In this document: piece by piece, positions 27,056 through 37,107 of the stretch
Position numbering within the stretch: position 1 is the first letter of the stretch
Layout: each line of letters begins with the position of its first letter
Assembly: GCA_036519015.1 (NCBI GenBank)
Contig: DATDMA010000447.1
Coordinates: forward strand, 33,253-97,252
DNA: 64,000 bases
DNA from: Pseudolabrys sp.
GTDB lineage: Bacteria > Pseudomonadota > Alphaproteobacteria > Rhizobiales > Xanthobacteraceae
Direction: 5' to 3'
Position numbers and translations under genes: made by a program
The notes under the pieces: model-generated
What the model was told of the DNA's origin: nothing
The model's database searches: none
What the model saw: the letters and a program-made list of their open reading frames with translations, nothing else

Positions 27056-29263
27056 ATGACCGACTTCACGCTCGACATCGATAGCGACGGCATTGCGCTC
27101 ATCACCTGGGACATGCCCGGCCGCTCGATGAACGTCATCACCATGAACGCCATCGAGGAGCTGGGAAAGCTCGTCGGGCAGGTCGCGAGCGACAAGGCAA
27201 TCAAAGGCGCGGTCATCACCTCCGGCAAGGAGGCGTTCTGCGGCGGCGCCGATCTCACCATGCTGGAGCGCATGGCCACGATCTATACCGATATGGTGCG
27301 CACGCAGGGCGAGCAAGCCGCGGCCGGCATGGTGTTCGAGGAAAGCCGCAAGCTCTCGCTGCTTTATCGCCGCCTGGAAACCTGCGGCAAGCCCTTTGTC
27401 TGCGCGCTCAACGGCACGGCGATGGGCGGCGGCTTCGAACTCGCGCTCGCCTGTCATCATCGCGTCGCCGCCGATAATCCGAAGACGCGGCTCGGCCTGC
27501 CCGAGATCAAGATTGGTCTGTTTCCCGGCGCCGGCGGCACACAGCGCGTCGCGCGCATGCTGCCGCCCGCCGATGCGCTGCAATTTTTGCTCAAGGGCGA
27601 CCAGCTCAAGACCGATCGCGCCAAGGCGATGAAGCTGATCGACGCGGTCGTGCCGCAGGCCGATCTCGTCAAGGCGGCGAAGGACTGGATCAAGGCCGGC
27701 GGCAAGGCGGTGAAGCCCTGGGATGAGAAGGGCTTCAAGCTGCCCGGCGGTCTCGTCTACTCGAAGGCCGGCATGATGACCTTCCCAGCGGCGAATGCCA
27801 TCTATCGCCGCGAGACCTACGACAATTACCCCGCTGCACGCGCGATCCTCCAGGTCGTCTATGAAGGCCTGCAATTGGACATGGATACCGCGCTCCGCGT
27901 CGAGTCGCGCTGGTTCGCCAAGATCCTGCGCTCGCCTGAAGCGGCGGCGATGATCCGCTCGCTGTTCGTCTCCATGCAGGACCTGAACAAGGGCGCGCGC
28001 CGTCCGGCCGCCGAGCCGGCCTCGACGCTGAAGAAGATCGGCATCGTCGGCGCTGGCTTCATGGGCGCGGGCATCGCGCAGGTGAGCGCGGCGGCGGGGC
28101 TCGAGGTCGTGCTCATCGACCGCGATCAGGAGACGGCGGACAAAGGCAAGGCCGGACTGCACAAGGCGCTCAGCGACCGCGTGATGAAGGGCCGCATGAA
28201 GGGCGCCGAGCGCGATGCGCTCTTGGAAAAGATCACGCCGACGCCCGACTACAGCGCGTTGAAAGACTGCGACCTCGTCATCGAAGCCGTGTTCGAGGAC
28301 CGCAAAGTAAAGTCCGATGTCATCGCCAAGATCCAGGCGGTGATCGGCGACAAGGCGATCTTCGCCTCCAACACCTCGACGCTGCCGATCACGTCATTGG
28401 CGACCGAGTTCAAGGAGCCCGCGCGCTTCATCGGCATCCATTTCTTCTCGCCGGTCGACCGCATGATGCTGGTCGAGTTAATCCTCGGCAAAGATACCGG
28501 CGACAGAGCGCTCGCCGTCGCGCTCGATTACGTGCGCGCCATCCGCAAGACGCCGATTGTCGTGAACGACTCGCGCGGTTTCTACACCTCGCGCGTGGTC
28601 GGCACGTATATCCGCGAGGGCCACCTGATGCTCATGGACGGCGTGCCGGCGGCGATGATCGAGAACGTCGGCCGCATGGCCGGCATGCCGGTTGGACCGC
28701 TCTCGCTCAACGACGAGGTGGCGGTCGATCTCGCCTGGAAGATTCTGAAGGCGACGGAGGCCGATCTCGGCGCCGATGCCATCGATCCGCGGCAACGCCG
28801 GCTGCTGGATGAAATGGTCGAGAAAGGCCAGCGCTTCGGCCGTAAGAACGGCAAGGGCTTCTACGATTATCCGCAAGGCCAGCCGAAGAAGCTGTGGCCG
28901 GGTCTCGCGCAACTCCAGCACGTGAAGCTCAATCCCGATCTCATCGATATCGAGGAGCTGAAACTGCGCCTGCTCGGTATCCAGGCGTTGGAAACCGCGC
29001 GCTGCTTCGAGGAGCATGTCTTGACCGACGTGCGTGAGGCGGATGTGGGCTCCATCCTCGGCTTCGGCTTTGCGCCGTTCTCCGGCGGCACGCTGTCGTG
29101 GATCGATAGGATGACGCCGAAGAAGTTCGTCGAATTGTGCCGGCGCTTTGAGGCCAAATTCGGCGACAGGTTTACGCCGAACAAGCTGCTGCTCGATCTC
29201 GCCGAGAAGAACGAGACGTTCTATGGCCGCTTCGCGCCGATAAAGAAGAAAGAGGCGGCTTGA
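27056..29263 (+). CDS. fadJ: Fatty acid oxidation complex alpha subunit (enoyl-CoA hydratase / 3-hydroxyacyl-CoA dehydrogenase)
   Basis: GGGFELALAC, GLPEIKIGLFPGAGGTQR, GAGFMGAG, SNTST, HFFSP. Confidence 0.92.
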   Translation: MTDFTLDIDSDGIALITWDMPGRSMNVITMNAIEELGKLVGQVASDKAIKGAVITSGKEAFCGGADLTMLERMATIYTDMVRTQGEQAAAGMVFEESRKLSLLYRRLETCGKPFVCALNGTAMGGGFELALACHHRVAADNPKTRLGLPEIKIGLFPGAGGTQRVARMLPPADALQFLLKGDQLKTDRAKAMKLIDAVVPQADLVKAAKDWIKAGGKAVKPWDEKGFKLPGGLVYSKAGMMTFPAANAIYRRETYDNYPAARAILQVVYEGLQLDMDTALRVESRWFAKILRSPEAAAMIRSLFVSMQDLNKGARRPAAEPASTLKKIGIVGAGFMGAGIAQVSAAAGLEVVLIDRDQETADKGKAGLHKALSDRVMKGRMKGAERDALLEKITPTPDYSALKDCDLVIEAVFEDRKVKSDVIAKIQAVIGDKAIFASNTSTLPITSLATEFKEPARFIGIHFFSPVDRMMLVELILGKDTGDRALAVALDYVRAIRKTPIVVNDSRGFYTSRVVGTYIREGHLMLMDGVPAAMIENVGRMAGMPVGPLSLNDEVAVDLAWKILKATEADLGADAIDPRQRRLLDEMVEKGQRFGRKNGKGFYDYPQGQPKKLWPGLAQLQHVKLNPDLIDIEELKLRLLGIQALETARCFEEHVLTDVREADVGSILGFGFAPFSGGTLSWIDRMTPKKFVELCRRFEAKFGDRFTPNKLLLDLAEKNETFYGRFAPIKKKEAA

Positions 29264-29290
29264 TCTTTTGCTGAACGCCGAGCCACTTGC

Positions 29291-29450
29291 TCTCTTTCCC
29301 TCCCCTTGGGGGAAGAGGGTGCCCGAGCGCAGCGAGGGCCGGTGAGGGGGCAGGTGCCTATCGAGACTCACTTTCCCCCTCACCCGGCTCGCGCTCGCTA
29401 TCGCTCCGCGCTTGCCACCCTCTCCCCCCCCCAGGGGAGAGGGGAAGAGA
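29291..29450. repeat. Palindromic intergenic repeat, family A
   Basis: CCCTCCCCTTGGGGGAAGAGGG...CCCTCTCCCCCCCCAGGGGAGAGGG between convergent genes. Confidence 0.8.
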
Positions 29451-29493
29451 GTGTGCCTCGCCTTCGTGCTTCACACGAAATTTGTAGAAGCAA

Positions 29494-30603
29494 CTACACC
29501 ACCACCGTCAGCCGCTTCGCCGCCCGCGTGATGCCCGTATACAGCCAGCGCTCGCGGCTGTCGGGAAACGCAAAAGACTCGTCGAACAACACCACATCGT
29601 CCCACTGCGAGCCTTGCGCCTTGTGCACGGTGAGCACATAGCCGTAGTCGAATTCGTCGTAGGGCTTGCGCCGCTGCCAATCGAGCAGCTCGATGCCGCC
29701 GGTGAAGCATTCCGGCCGTACCGACACTTTCACGCCGCGTCGCGCCGTCTCGTCGTCCGGCAGGAGATGCATCGTCATGATGCCGGTCTTGCGCCCGCCG
29801 CGGTCCTTCACCGTCCAGAGGCCGCCGTTGAACAGGCCCTTCTTGCGGTTGTTGCGCAGGCACACCAGCTTGTCGCCGGCCGAGGGAAACTCGCCTTCGA
29901 AGCCGCGCCGCTGGCGCATGCGATTATTGTAGGCGCGCCGCGTCGCATTTCGCCCGACCAGCACCTGGTCGGCCTCGAGCACGCGCTGCGGATCGAGGTC
30001 GCTCTTGGCAACCACCTCCGTCTCGCCGTAGCGGCCGGGCTCGAGATACTCGCCGGCGCGGACATCCATCGACAGCCGCACGATCGGGTCGTCCTGCGCC
30101 TGCCTATGCACCTCGGTGAGCATGGCGTCGGGCTCGGCTCCGGTGAAGAAGCCGCCGCCCTGGATCGGCGGCAGCTGCGCCGGGTCGCCCAGTACCAGAA
30201 GCGGCACGCCGAACGACAGCAGGTCGCGGCCGAGCTCGGCGTCCACCATCGAGCACTCGTCGATGATGATCAGTGCCGCCTTCGAGGCGGGCGCCTCATC
30301 CCACAGGTCGAAGCTCGGCACTTCCTCGCCGCTCTCGCGCGCGCGGTAGATCAGGCTGTGGATCGTCGAGGCGCCGTGGCAGCCTTTGCCGCGCATCACC
30401 GAGGCCGCCTTGCCCGTGAAGGCGGCGTATTTCACCTCGCCGTCGACATGGTCGGCGATGTGCTTGGCGAGCGTCGTCTTGCCGGTGCCGGCATAGCCGA
30501 ACAGCCGGAACACGGGCGGCGTCCCATTGCTGCCCGGCTTGTCCTTGAGCCAGCGGGCGACGGTTTCGAGCGCGGCGTCTTGATGGGGTGTGAACTGCGG
30601 CAT
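29494..30603 (-). CDS. Stand-alone RecD-like ATP-dependent DNA helicase
   Basis: GYAGTGKT, IIDECSM, GDPAQLPP, TVHKAQGSQW, YTGITRA. Confidence 0.93.
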   Translation of the reverse strand: MPQFTPHQDAALETVARWLKDKPGSNGTPPVFRLFGYAGTGKTTLAKHIADHVDGEVKYAAFTGKAASVMRGKGCHGASTIHSLIYRARESGEEVPSFDLWDEAPASKAALIIIDECSMVDAELGRDLLSFGVPLLVLGDPAQLPPIQGGGFFTGAEPDAMLTEVHRQAQDDPIVRLSMDVRAGEYLEPGRYGETEVVAKSDLDPQRVLEADQVLVGRNATRRAYNNRMRQRRGFEGEFPSAGDKLVCLRNNRKKGLFNGGLWTVKDRGGRKTGIMTMHLLPDDETARRGVKVSVRPECFTGGIELLDWQRRKPYDEFDYGYVLTVHKAQGSQWDDVVLFDESFAFPDSRERWLYTGITRAAKRLTVVV

Positions 30604-30787
30604 GCGGGGCAATCAATAAAGCATGTCGGGCTTTGCGCAAAGAACGAAAATAGAACGGCAAAATTGGAAATTCGGCCGCGCAGCGCTGTCAAGACCGACC
30701 AGAGCCGCCCTTCGCGCCTCACGAGCATGGCAAGTCGTCTCGCATTGCCCTTTCCCGCTTCCCATGTTTAAGGTCGCCGCCCTTCCA

Positions 30788-30835
30788 CGCATGATCCCGA
30801 AAAGTGGGTACGGATTTTCGGACAAGATCGTGCGA
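30788..30835. repeat. Short palindromic repeat (CATGATCCCGAAAAGT type)
   Basis: CGCATGATC-CCGAAAA...TTTTCGG-ACAA-GATCGTGCG inverted repeat, resembling a common rhizobial intergenic element. Confidence 0.6.
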
Positions 30836-30861
30836 CACAATAAAAGTCGCCGGAATCCTCT

Positions 30862-32232
30862 ATGGCTCGTGACCAGATCGACATGACCCCAATCGAGACG
30901 CGCGACGAACTCGTCGCCTGGCTCGAAAAGGGTTGCAAGCCGAAGTCGCAATTCCGCGCCGGCACTGAGCACGAGAAATTTCCCTTCACGGTTGATGGCC
31001 ACCGGCCGGTGCCCTATGCCGGCCGCCGCAGCATCCGCTCCCTTCTCGAAGGCATGCAGCATCTGCTCGGCTGGGAGCCGATCATGGAAGGCGCGAACAT
31101 CATCGGCCTGTTCGACGTGACCGGCGGCGGCGCGATTTCGCTGGAGCCAGGCGGCCAGTTCGAATTGTCCGGCGCGCCGGTCGAAAACGTGCACCAGACC
31201 GCGTCGGAATTGTTCTCGCATCTGGCGCAAGTGCGCGAAGTAGCGAAGCCCTTGGGCATCGGCTTCCTCGGCCTCGGCATGACGCCGAACTGGGCGCGCG
31301 ACGAAATCCCGGTGATGCCGAAGGGCCGGTATAAGATCATGACGAACTACATGCCGAAGGTCGGCACATACGGCCTCGACATGATGTACCGCACCTGCAC
31401 CGTGCAGGCGAACCTCGACTTCTCCTCCGAAGCCGACATGGTGAAGAAGCTGCGCGTCTCGCTGGCGCTGCAGCCGGTGGCGACCGCGCTGTTCGCCAAC
31501 TCGCCGTTCACCGAAGGCAAGCCGAACGGCTTCCTCTCTTTCCGCTCTCAGATCTGGACCGACACCGACAATAATCGCGCCGGCATGCTGCCCTGGGCAT
31601 TCGAGGACGGTATGGGCTTCGAGCGTTACGTCGATTATGCGCTCGACGTGCCGATGTATTTCGTCAAGCGCGGCGACAAATACATTGATGTGGCGGGCAA
31701 GTCGTTTCGCGATTTCTTCGCCGGCAAGCTCGATGTGATGCCGGGCGAGCGCCCGTGCATTTCCGACTGGGCCAATCACCTGAGCACGATCTTCCCCGAG
31801 GTGCGGCTCAAGCGTTATCTCGAGATGCGCGGCGCCGATGGTGGCCCGTGGCGGCGGCTGCCCTCGCTCACGGCGTTCTGGGTCGGCCTGCTCTACGACG
31901 ACGACGTGCTCGACGCCTGCTGGGACATGGTCAAGGACTGGACGGCGGACGAGCGGCAGAAGCTGCGCGACGACGTGCCCAGGCTCGGCTTCAACGCGGA
32001 GATCCGCGGCCGCAACATGCTGACGCTGGCGCAAGAGACGCTGCGACTGTCCGCGCGCGGCCTCACGCGGCGCAAGCGGCTCGACCGCAATGGCCGCGAC
32101 GAGACGCGCTATCTGCGCCCGCTGGAAGAGAGCATCGCCCGCGGCATCACGCCGGCCGAGGAACTGCTGGAGAAATTCAACGGCCCGTGGAAGGGTTCGG
32201 TCGAGCCGATTTTCGACGAGTATGCGTATTAA
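30862..32232 (+). CDS. gshA: Glutamate--cysteine ligase
   Basis: [48 protein letters not shown]. Confidence 0.96.
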   Translation: MARDQIDMTPIETRDELVAWLEKGCKPKSQFRAGTEHEKFPFTVDGHRPVPYAGRRSIRSLLEGMQHLLGWEPIMEGANIIGLFDVTGGGAISLEPGGQFELSGAPVENVHQTASELFSHLAQVREVAKPLGIGFLGLGMTPNWARDEIPVMPKGRYKIMTNYMPKVGTYGLDMMYRTCTVQANLDFSSEADMVKKLRVSLALQPVATALFANSPFTEGKPNGFLSFRSQIWTDTDNNRAGMLPWAFEDGMGFERYVDYALDVPMYFVKRGDKYIDVAGKSFRDFFAGKLDVMPGERPCISDWANHLSTIFPEVRLKRYLEMRGADGGPWRRLPSLTAFWVGLLYDDDVLDACWDMVKDWTADERQKLRDDVPRLGFNAEIRGRNMLTLAQETLRLSARGLTRRKRLDRNGRDETRYLRPLEESIARGITPAEELLEKFNGPWKGSVEPIFDEYAY

Positions 32233-32260
32233 TTTTTTCTTGAGTTAAGTCGGCTGACTC

Positions 32261-32367
32261 GATCCGTCATCCTGAGGTGCGAGCGAAGCGAGCCTCGAAG
32301 GATGAACGGCCGTGGCCGTCGCCCTTCGAGGCTCGGTCTCCGGCCGAGCACCTCAGGGTGACGGATC
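32261..32367. repeat. Palindromic intergenic repeat (GTCATCCTGAGG type)
   Basis: GATCCGTCATCCTGAGGTGC...CCTCGAAGG...CCTTCGAGG...GCACCTCAGGGTGACGGATC. Confidence 0.88.
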
Positions 32368-32407
32368 GAGCGCGGCGCCCGTCGCTATCAATGTGGAGGC
32401 ACTCATC

Positions 32408-32878
32408 ATGGCCAAATCCACACCCGCGACGCTCGCGCTGGAAAAAGCCGGTGTCGCCTTCGCGCTGCACGAATATGAGTATGATCCGAACGCCGAGCGC
32501 ATCGGCATGCAGGCGGCGGAAGCATTGGGCATCGAGCCGGCCCGGCTGTTGAAGACGCTGATGGCGCGGGCAGGCGACACGGTGGTCTGCGTGCTGGCGC
32601 CGTCCGACCGCGAGGTGAATCTCAAGAAGCTCGCCGCCGCGGCCGGCGCAAAAAGCGCGGCCATGCTCGGCGCGGCCGAGGCCGAGCGCATCACCGGCTA
32701 TCATGTCGGCGGTATCTCGCCCTTCGGCCAGAAGAAGCGCACGCGCGTGTTCATCGAGCAGTCCGCAATGGCGTTCCCGCGCATTGTCTGCAACGGTGGG
32801 CGCCGCGGGCTTCAGGTCGAGCTCGCGCCCGCTGACTTGGTCCGCGTGCTCGACGCCAAAGCGGCTGAGATTTGTTGA
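32408..32878 (+). CDS. ybaK: Cys-tRNA(Pro) deacylase
   Basis: TPAT, LLKTL, TGYHVGGISPFGQKK, GGRRG. Confidence 0.92.
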   Translation: MAKSTPATLALEKAGVAFALHEYEYDPNAERIGMQAAEALGIEPARLLKTLMARAGDTVVCVLAPSDREVNLKKLAAAAGAKSAAMLGAAEAERITGYHVGGISPFGQKKRTRVFIEQSAMAFPRIVCNGGRRGLQVELAPADLVRVLDAKAAEIC

Positions 32879-32883
32879 ACGAC

Positions 32884-33816
32884 ATGAAGACGGAAACGTC
32901 AGCGACCGTCCGCAATCCGCCCGCGCAGGCGCCGTTCACGCCGTTCGATTTTTCGCTTTATACCGCGTCCGTGTTGATCTGGGGCCTGTCCTGGATCGCA
33001 ATGCATTACCAGGTCGGCGTCGTCGCGCCGGAAGTGTCGGTGGTCTGGCGTTTCGCCATCGCTGCGCCAATCATGTTCGCGATAGCGGCGCTGCGGGGCG
33101 AACCGCTCTGGTTTCCGCTCACCGAGCATCGCTATCTGCTCGGCCTTGGGCTGGCGATCTTCTCCACCAATTTCGTGCTGTTCTACTACGGCGCCCAGCA
33201 CGTCGCCTCGGGCCTCTTATCGATCGTGTTCTCGCTCGCCTCGATCGGCAATGTGGTGCTCGCCGCGCTGATCTTCGGCGCGCGCATCGAGCGCCGCATC
33301 GTCTTGGGCGGCATGCTCGGTGTCGCCGGTGTGGCGGCGATGTTCTATCCCGAACTCGGCGGCATGCGCGTGGACGCCGCGGCGCTGATCGGACTTGCTC
33401 TGTCGCTCGGCGGAACGCTGTCGTTCTGTCTCGGCAACATGCTGTCCGTCGCGGCGCAGCGCCGCCGGTTGCCGTTATTCGCTTCCACCGCCTGGAGCAT
33501 GGCCTATGGCGCCATCATCATGGCGCTGTTCTCCGCCGCGCGCGGCAAGACCTTCACACTCGAGTGGAGCGCGACCTATCTCGGCGGACTGCTCTATCTC
33601 TCGCTCATCGGCTCGGTGATCGCCTTCAGCGCCTATTTCACGCTGCTGCGCCGTATCGGCCCGGCGCGCACCGGCTATACGACGGTGATGTATCCGGTGG
33701 TGGCGCTGATCGTGTCGACCTTCGCGGAAGATTACCAATGGAGCCAGCCTGCAATTCTCGGCCTCGTCGCCGTGATGTGCGGCAATGTGCTGGTGCTGCG
33801 CACGCCGACGCGGTGA
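32884..33816 (+). CDS. DMT/EamA family transporter
   Basis: IWGLSW, WRF, GSVIAFSAYFTL, PVVAL, about 10 TM helices. Confidence 0.92.
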   Translation: MKTETSATVRNPPAQAPFTPFDFSLYTASVLIWGLSWIAMHYQVGVVAPEVSVVWRFAIAAPIMFAIAALRGEPLWFPLTEHRYLLGLGLAIFSTNFVLFYYGAQHVASGLLSIVFSLASIGNVVLAALIFGARIERRIVLGGMLGVAGVAAMFYPELGGMRVDAAALIGLALSLGGTLSFCLGNMLSVAAQRRRLPLFASTAWSMAYGAIIMALFSAARGKTFTLEWSATYLGGLLYLSLIGSVIAFSAYFTLLRRIGPARTGYTTVMYPVVALIVSTFAEDYQWSQPAILGLVAVMCGNVLVLRTPTR

Positions 33817-33820
33817 TCCG

Positions 33821-33929
33821 GTCCTTCCGGGGCGCACGCGTTAGCGTGCGAACCCGGAATCCAAGCCACAGAAAACCCGTCGTGTTTCTGGATTCCGGGT
33901 CCGCGCCTTCGGCGCGTCCCGGAATGACG
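33821..33929. repeat. Palindromic intergenic repeat, family B
   Basis: GTCCTTCCGGGGCGC...CCCGGAATCCA...TGGATTCCGGG...CCCGGAATGACG. Confidence 0.88.
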
Positions 33930-33936
33930 AATTCGG

Positions 33937-34815
33937 CTACTCCGCCGCCTGCGCTTCCGACAAGTTGTCGAGCGATGAGACGATGTGTTCGGCCAACGCG
34001 TTCGCCAAGGTCGAGCTCTCATGCGCATTGCGTATGAGGCCGACATGGCACGGCGGCAGCTCGGGGAAGCCTTCCGCCGCCGTGAGCACGCGCATGCCCG
34101 GACGCAAACCCGATTCGGCGAGCACCGACACCGCGAGACCGGAGAGCACGGCCGCCGCGACCGCGCCGGCATTCGAGCTTGAATAGAGCACGCGATAGGG
34201 CCGGCCGGACGATTCCAGCCGGTCGATCGCGGTGCGCCGCCACGAGCAGGTCGGGCGCCCGAGCGCCAGCGGCAGCGGCACTTCGATATGCGTCGAGTGC
34301 CGGTTCGAAGTCACCCAGAGCAGCCGCTCGCGGCGGAAGGTCTCGACCGCGCGTTTTGATTCGCAATTGGTGACGATGGCGAGATCGATCTCATTGGCGT
34401 CGATGCGCTCGAACAGGTCGCTCGACGGCTCGCAGATCACCGTCAACTCCACGCCGGGATAGACGCGCGAGAAGCGCGCCATGATTTCCGGCAGGTAGCG
34501 GTCGGCATAATCGTCCGGCACGCCGAGCCGCACGCGGCCCGAAAGCTCATCGTCGGAAAATGCGGCCAGCGTCTCGACGTTGAGCTTGACGATGCGGCGC
34601 GCGTAATCGAGCAGCCGCTGCCCATCCTCGGTGAGCTTCGACGCGCGTCCGTCACGCGCGAAGATCGGCCGCTCCAGCCGCTCTTCCAGACGCTTCATCT
34701 GCATCGAGACGGCGGACTGGGTCTTGGCCACCACATCCGCCGCTTTGGTGAAGCTGCCGGTCTCGGCGATGGCGATGAAAGTGCGCAGTTGGTCGACGTC
34801 GAGCAGTGCGGTCAT
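33937..34815 (-). CDS. LysR-family regulator, divergent from a DUF1127 gene
   Basis: LDVDQLRTF...SFTKAA..KTQSAVSMQMKRLE, RLGVPDDYA. Confidence 0.95.
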   Translation of the reverse strand: MTALLDVDQLRTFIAIAETGSFTKAADVVAKTQSAVSMQMKRLEERLERPIFARDGRASKLTEDGQRLLDYARRIVKLNVETLAAFSDDELSGRVRLGVPDDYADRYLPEIMARFSRVYPGVELTVICEPSSDLFERIDANEIDLAIVTNCESKRAVETFRRERLLWVTSNRHSTHIEVPLPLALGRPTCSWRRTAIDRLESSGRPYRVLYSSSNAGAVAAAVLSGLAVSVLAESGLRPGMRVLTAAEGFPELPPCHVGLIRNAHESSTLANALAEHIVSSLDNLSEAQAAE

Positions 34816-34861
34816 GGCTAACGTCCTTACTGGCCGGCCCTTTTCAGGCCGGCGGGACTAC

Positions 34862-34876
34862 ATCACCAGTTCTGAT
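34862..34876. promoter_or_regulatory. LysR box
   Basis: ATCA-CCAGTTC-TGAT palindrome (T-N11-A). Confidence 0.65.
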
Positions 34877-35035
34877 CGGTCAGATTAAAAACATTCGTTT
34901 CACTAATCAATCCTCCCGGCTCATATTATTGGCGGGAGGCCTTCCCTTAGGAATCGGGTGGGGCTTTCGGGTGGTTCCGGTGCCGGATTTGGGGGCCAAT
35001 GCGCCCCAGACCCGTGAACTCCATGGAGATTTCAG

Positions 35036-35395
35036 ATGACCGCGCATTACCAGGTCCTTCCCATCACCGGCAGCGCTGCGTTGCGAGCCTTTGGCGCGCT
35101 CATGGCCTTTGGGACCTATTGGGCCGGGCAAGTCGCGCGCGCTCGCCGTAACCGGCGCGATGCGGCCATGCTGGCCGGCCTCGACCGCCGCATGCTGGCC
35201 GACATCGGCCTCACCCGGTCCGACGTAAGCGACGCCTTTTCGGAGCCGTTCTGGGAAGACCCGACGGCGCTGCTGCGCGAGCGCGCGCTTGAGCGCCGCT
35301 GGAACCGGGCGCTGATGCGGGCCGAGATCGAAACCCGCGTCGATGCCGGGTTCAGCCACCCGCACACCGATCGTCCGGCGCGCCACGCGGTGTGA
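35036..35395 (+). CDS. DUF1127 domain protein
   Basis: RRNRRDAAMLAGLDRRMLADIGLTRSDV. GGAGA RBS. Confidence 0.92.
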   Translation: MTAHYQVLPITGSAALRAFGALMAFGTYWAGQVARARRNRRDAAMLAGLDRRMLADIGLTRSDVSDAFSEPFWEDPTALLRERALERRWNRALMRAEIETRVDAGFSHPHTDRPARHAV

Positions 35396-35417
35396 CCGTA
35401 CGCTGAACAGAGCGAAA

Positions 35418-35521
35418 CGGCCGATCCCTCTCATCGGCCGCTTGATCCGACACCCGCGACAATCCCCTCTCGCGGCCGGATCCAGCGCCCGCCGGCCCCT
35501 CCGGCGGGCGCTTTAATTTTT
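35418..35521 (+). ncRNA. Cuckoo/alpha-r14-like sRNA (three hairpins with CU-rich anti-SD loops)
   Basis: CGGCCGAT-ccctctc-ATCGGCCG; CCGCGA-caatcccctc-TCGCGG; AGCGCCCGCCGG-cccct-CCGGCGGGCGCT then TTAATTTTT. Lies downstream of DUF1127. Confidence 0.7.
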
Positions 35522-35655
35522 ATGTTTTGTTTCTGTGGTTTGGCCAACGCGCTCGTGATGTCATGACAGCGTCCCGCACCTGCACATTCGCCAGGGGTTG
35601 CGTTACCATGCGCGGGGCTTGAGGTTGCGGCACTGCGAAGGTCGAGCGGGCGCGT

Positions 35656-36195
35656 ATGCGGGTTCTGGTCAGTCTTTGGGGCGCGCTTGCGCTGTTCGTG
35701 CTGGCGCTGTGCGCTCCGGCGCAGGCGCAGAGCGGATACGATCGCCGTGGCGACGACTATCTGAAATTCGAGGTGAAGGGCGGCGATCCGGCGGCCTGCG
35801 CGGCCCGTTGCGAACGCGATGCGCGCTGCCGGGCGTGGAGCTTCTCTTATCCGCGCACTGCTTCCGTCGCCGCCATGTGCGAGCTGAAAAGCCAAGTGCC
35901 CACACGGACCGAAGACAAATGCTGCGTGTCCGGGGTGCGGGGTGCCGGGGTGATCGAGCCCAAGGGCCCGGTCGAATTCTCCATCGACCGCCTCGGCGGC
36001 GACTATCGCAATATCGAGGTGCCGGCCGATTCCGGCGATGACGCCTGCAAGGCCGCTTGCGACGGCGACAAACGCTGCCGCGCCTTCACTTATGTGCGGC
36101 CCGGCTATGCCGGCCCCGCGCCGCGCTGCTACCTCAAGGACAGGATCACCCGCCCGCGCCATAAGCCGTGCTGCATTTCCGGGGTGGTGCGATAG
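35656..36195 (+). CDS. Secreted protein with two PAN/apple domains
   Basis: Signal peptide and two DRxGxDY...CxxxC...RCRAW/F...CxLK...CCxSGV repeats. Confidence 0.9.
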   Translation: MRVLVSLWGALALFVLALCAPAQAQSGYDRRGDDYLKFEVKGGDPAACAARCERDARCRAWSFSYPRTASVAAMCELKSQVPTRTEDKCCVSGVRGAGVIEPKGPVEFSIDRLGGDYRNIEVPADSGDDACKAACDGDKRCRAFTYVRPGYAGPAPRCYLKDRITRPRHKPCCISGVVR

Positions 36196-36249
36196 CCGGT
36201 TCGACGTGTCGCATGTTATATTGGCGTCAGGCGGGGTATGGGTGGGATC

Positions 36250-36591
36250 ATGTCCAAGCGCATCGCTCTGATTGCTGTTTTTGCGCTGGTAGGACCGGCC
36301 GCGGCTCACCATGGCTGGGGCAGTTACGATGCGGCCAATCCGGTGACCGTCAGTGGGCCGATCCTCACGTCGAAGTTCGAGAACCCGCATGCCACCATCA
36401 CGGTGAAGGGCGACAAGGAATGGACGGTGACCCTGGCGCCGACCTTCCGCATGAATAATCGCGGCGCGACTGCGGACGTGATCGCCACCGGCAAGACCGT
36501 GACCGCGTTCGGCTATCCCTCGACGGCCGAGAAGGGTGAGATGCGTGCCGAGCGCATTACCGTCGACGGCAAGACCTACGAGATGCGCTAG
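36250..36591 (+). CDS. DUF6152 family periplasmic protein
   Basis: AAA-HHGWGSYD, FENPH, EMRAERITVDGKTYEMR. Confidence 0.8.
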   Translation: MSKRIALIAVFALVGPAAAHHGWGSYDAANPVTVSGPILTSKFENPHATITVKGDKEWTVTLAPTFRMNNRGATADVIATGKTVTAFGYPSTAEKGEMRAERITVDGKTYEMR

Positions 36592-36615
36592 CGCGATTCC
36601 GAAAGTCAGACACTT

Positions 36616-37107
36616 ATGGAGCATGCAGCGCCGGCAATCTTCGTTGCGCTGGAGCAATCCGGTCTCGCGTCGGGGATCCGTCAGTCGCTGTGGCTCTATC
36701 CGGCGGCCAATGTCGGCCACATCGTTTTTCTGTTCTGCTTCGCAGGCGCGATCGCGGTGATGGACCTGCGCATGGTGGGTGCCTTCGCGGCGACGTCGCC
36801 GGGCCATGTGCTGAGAGGCGCGCGGCGCGCCGCGCTCGTCGCTTTCTCGGGTCTCGCCGTCACCGGCTTCGTCCTGTTCGCCGCGGAGGCGAGCCACGTC
36901 GCCGTCAATCCGGTCTTCCAATTCAAGCTGGGTTTGATCGTGATCGGATTGATCAATATCGCCCTGTTCGAGCTTTACACCGCTCCGATGGTGAAGGACT
37001 TGCCGCCGCTCGCGCCGCTGCCGAAGGCGGCGCGCAGGTCCGGCATCCTCTCGCTGGCGATCTGGTTGGCGGTCGCCGCCTGCGGACGCAGCATCGCCTA
37101 TTTCTGA
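36616..37107 (+). CDS. DUF6644-like four-TM membrane protein
   Basis: IRQSLWLYP...GHIV, DLRMVG, NPVFQFKL, GRSIAYF. Confidence 0.75.
   Translation: MEHAAPAIFVALEQSGLASGIRQSLWLYPAANVGHIVFLFCFAGAIAVMDLRMVGAFAATSPGHVLRGARRAALVAFSGLAVTGFVLFAAEASHVAVNPVFQFKLGLIVIGLINIALFELYTAPMVKDLPPLAPLPKAARRSGILSLAIWLAVAACGRSIAYF

Noticed and set aside
23636-29450. Repeats as a CRISPR array or IS elements
   Set aside because: No regular repeat-spacer periodicity, no cas or transposase genes; the copies are isolated and intergenic.
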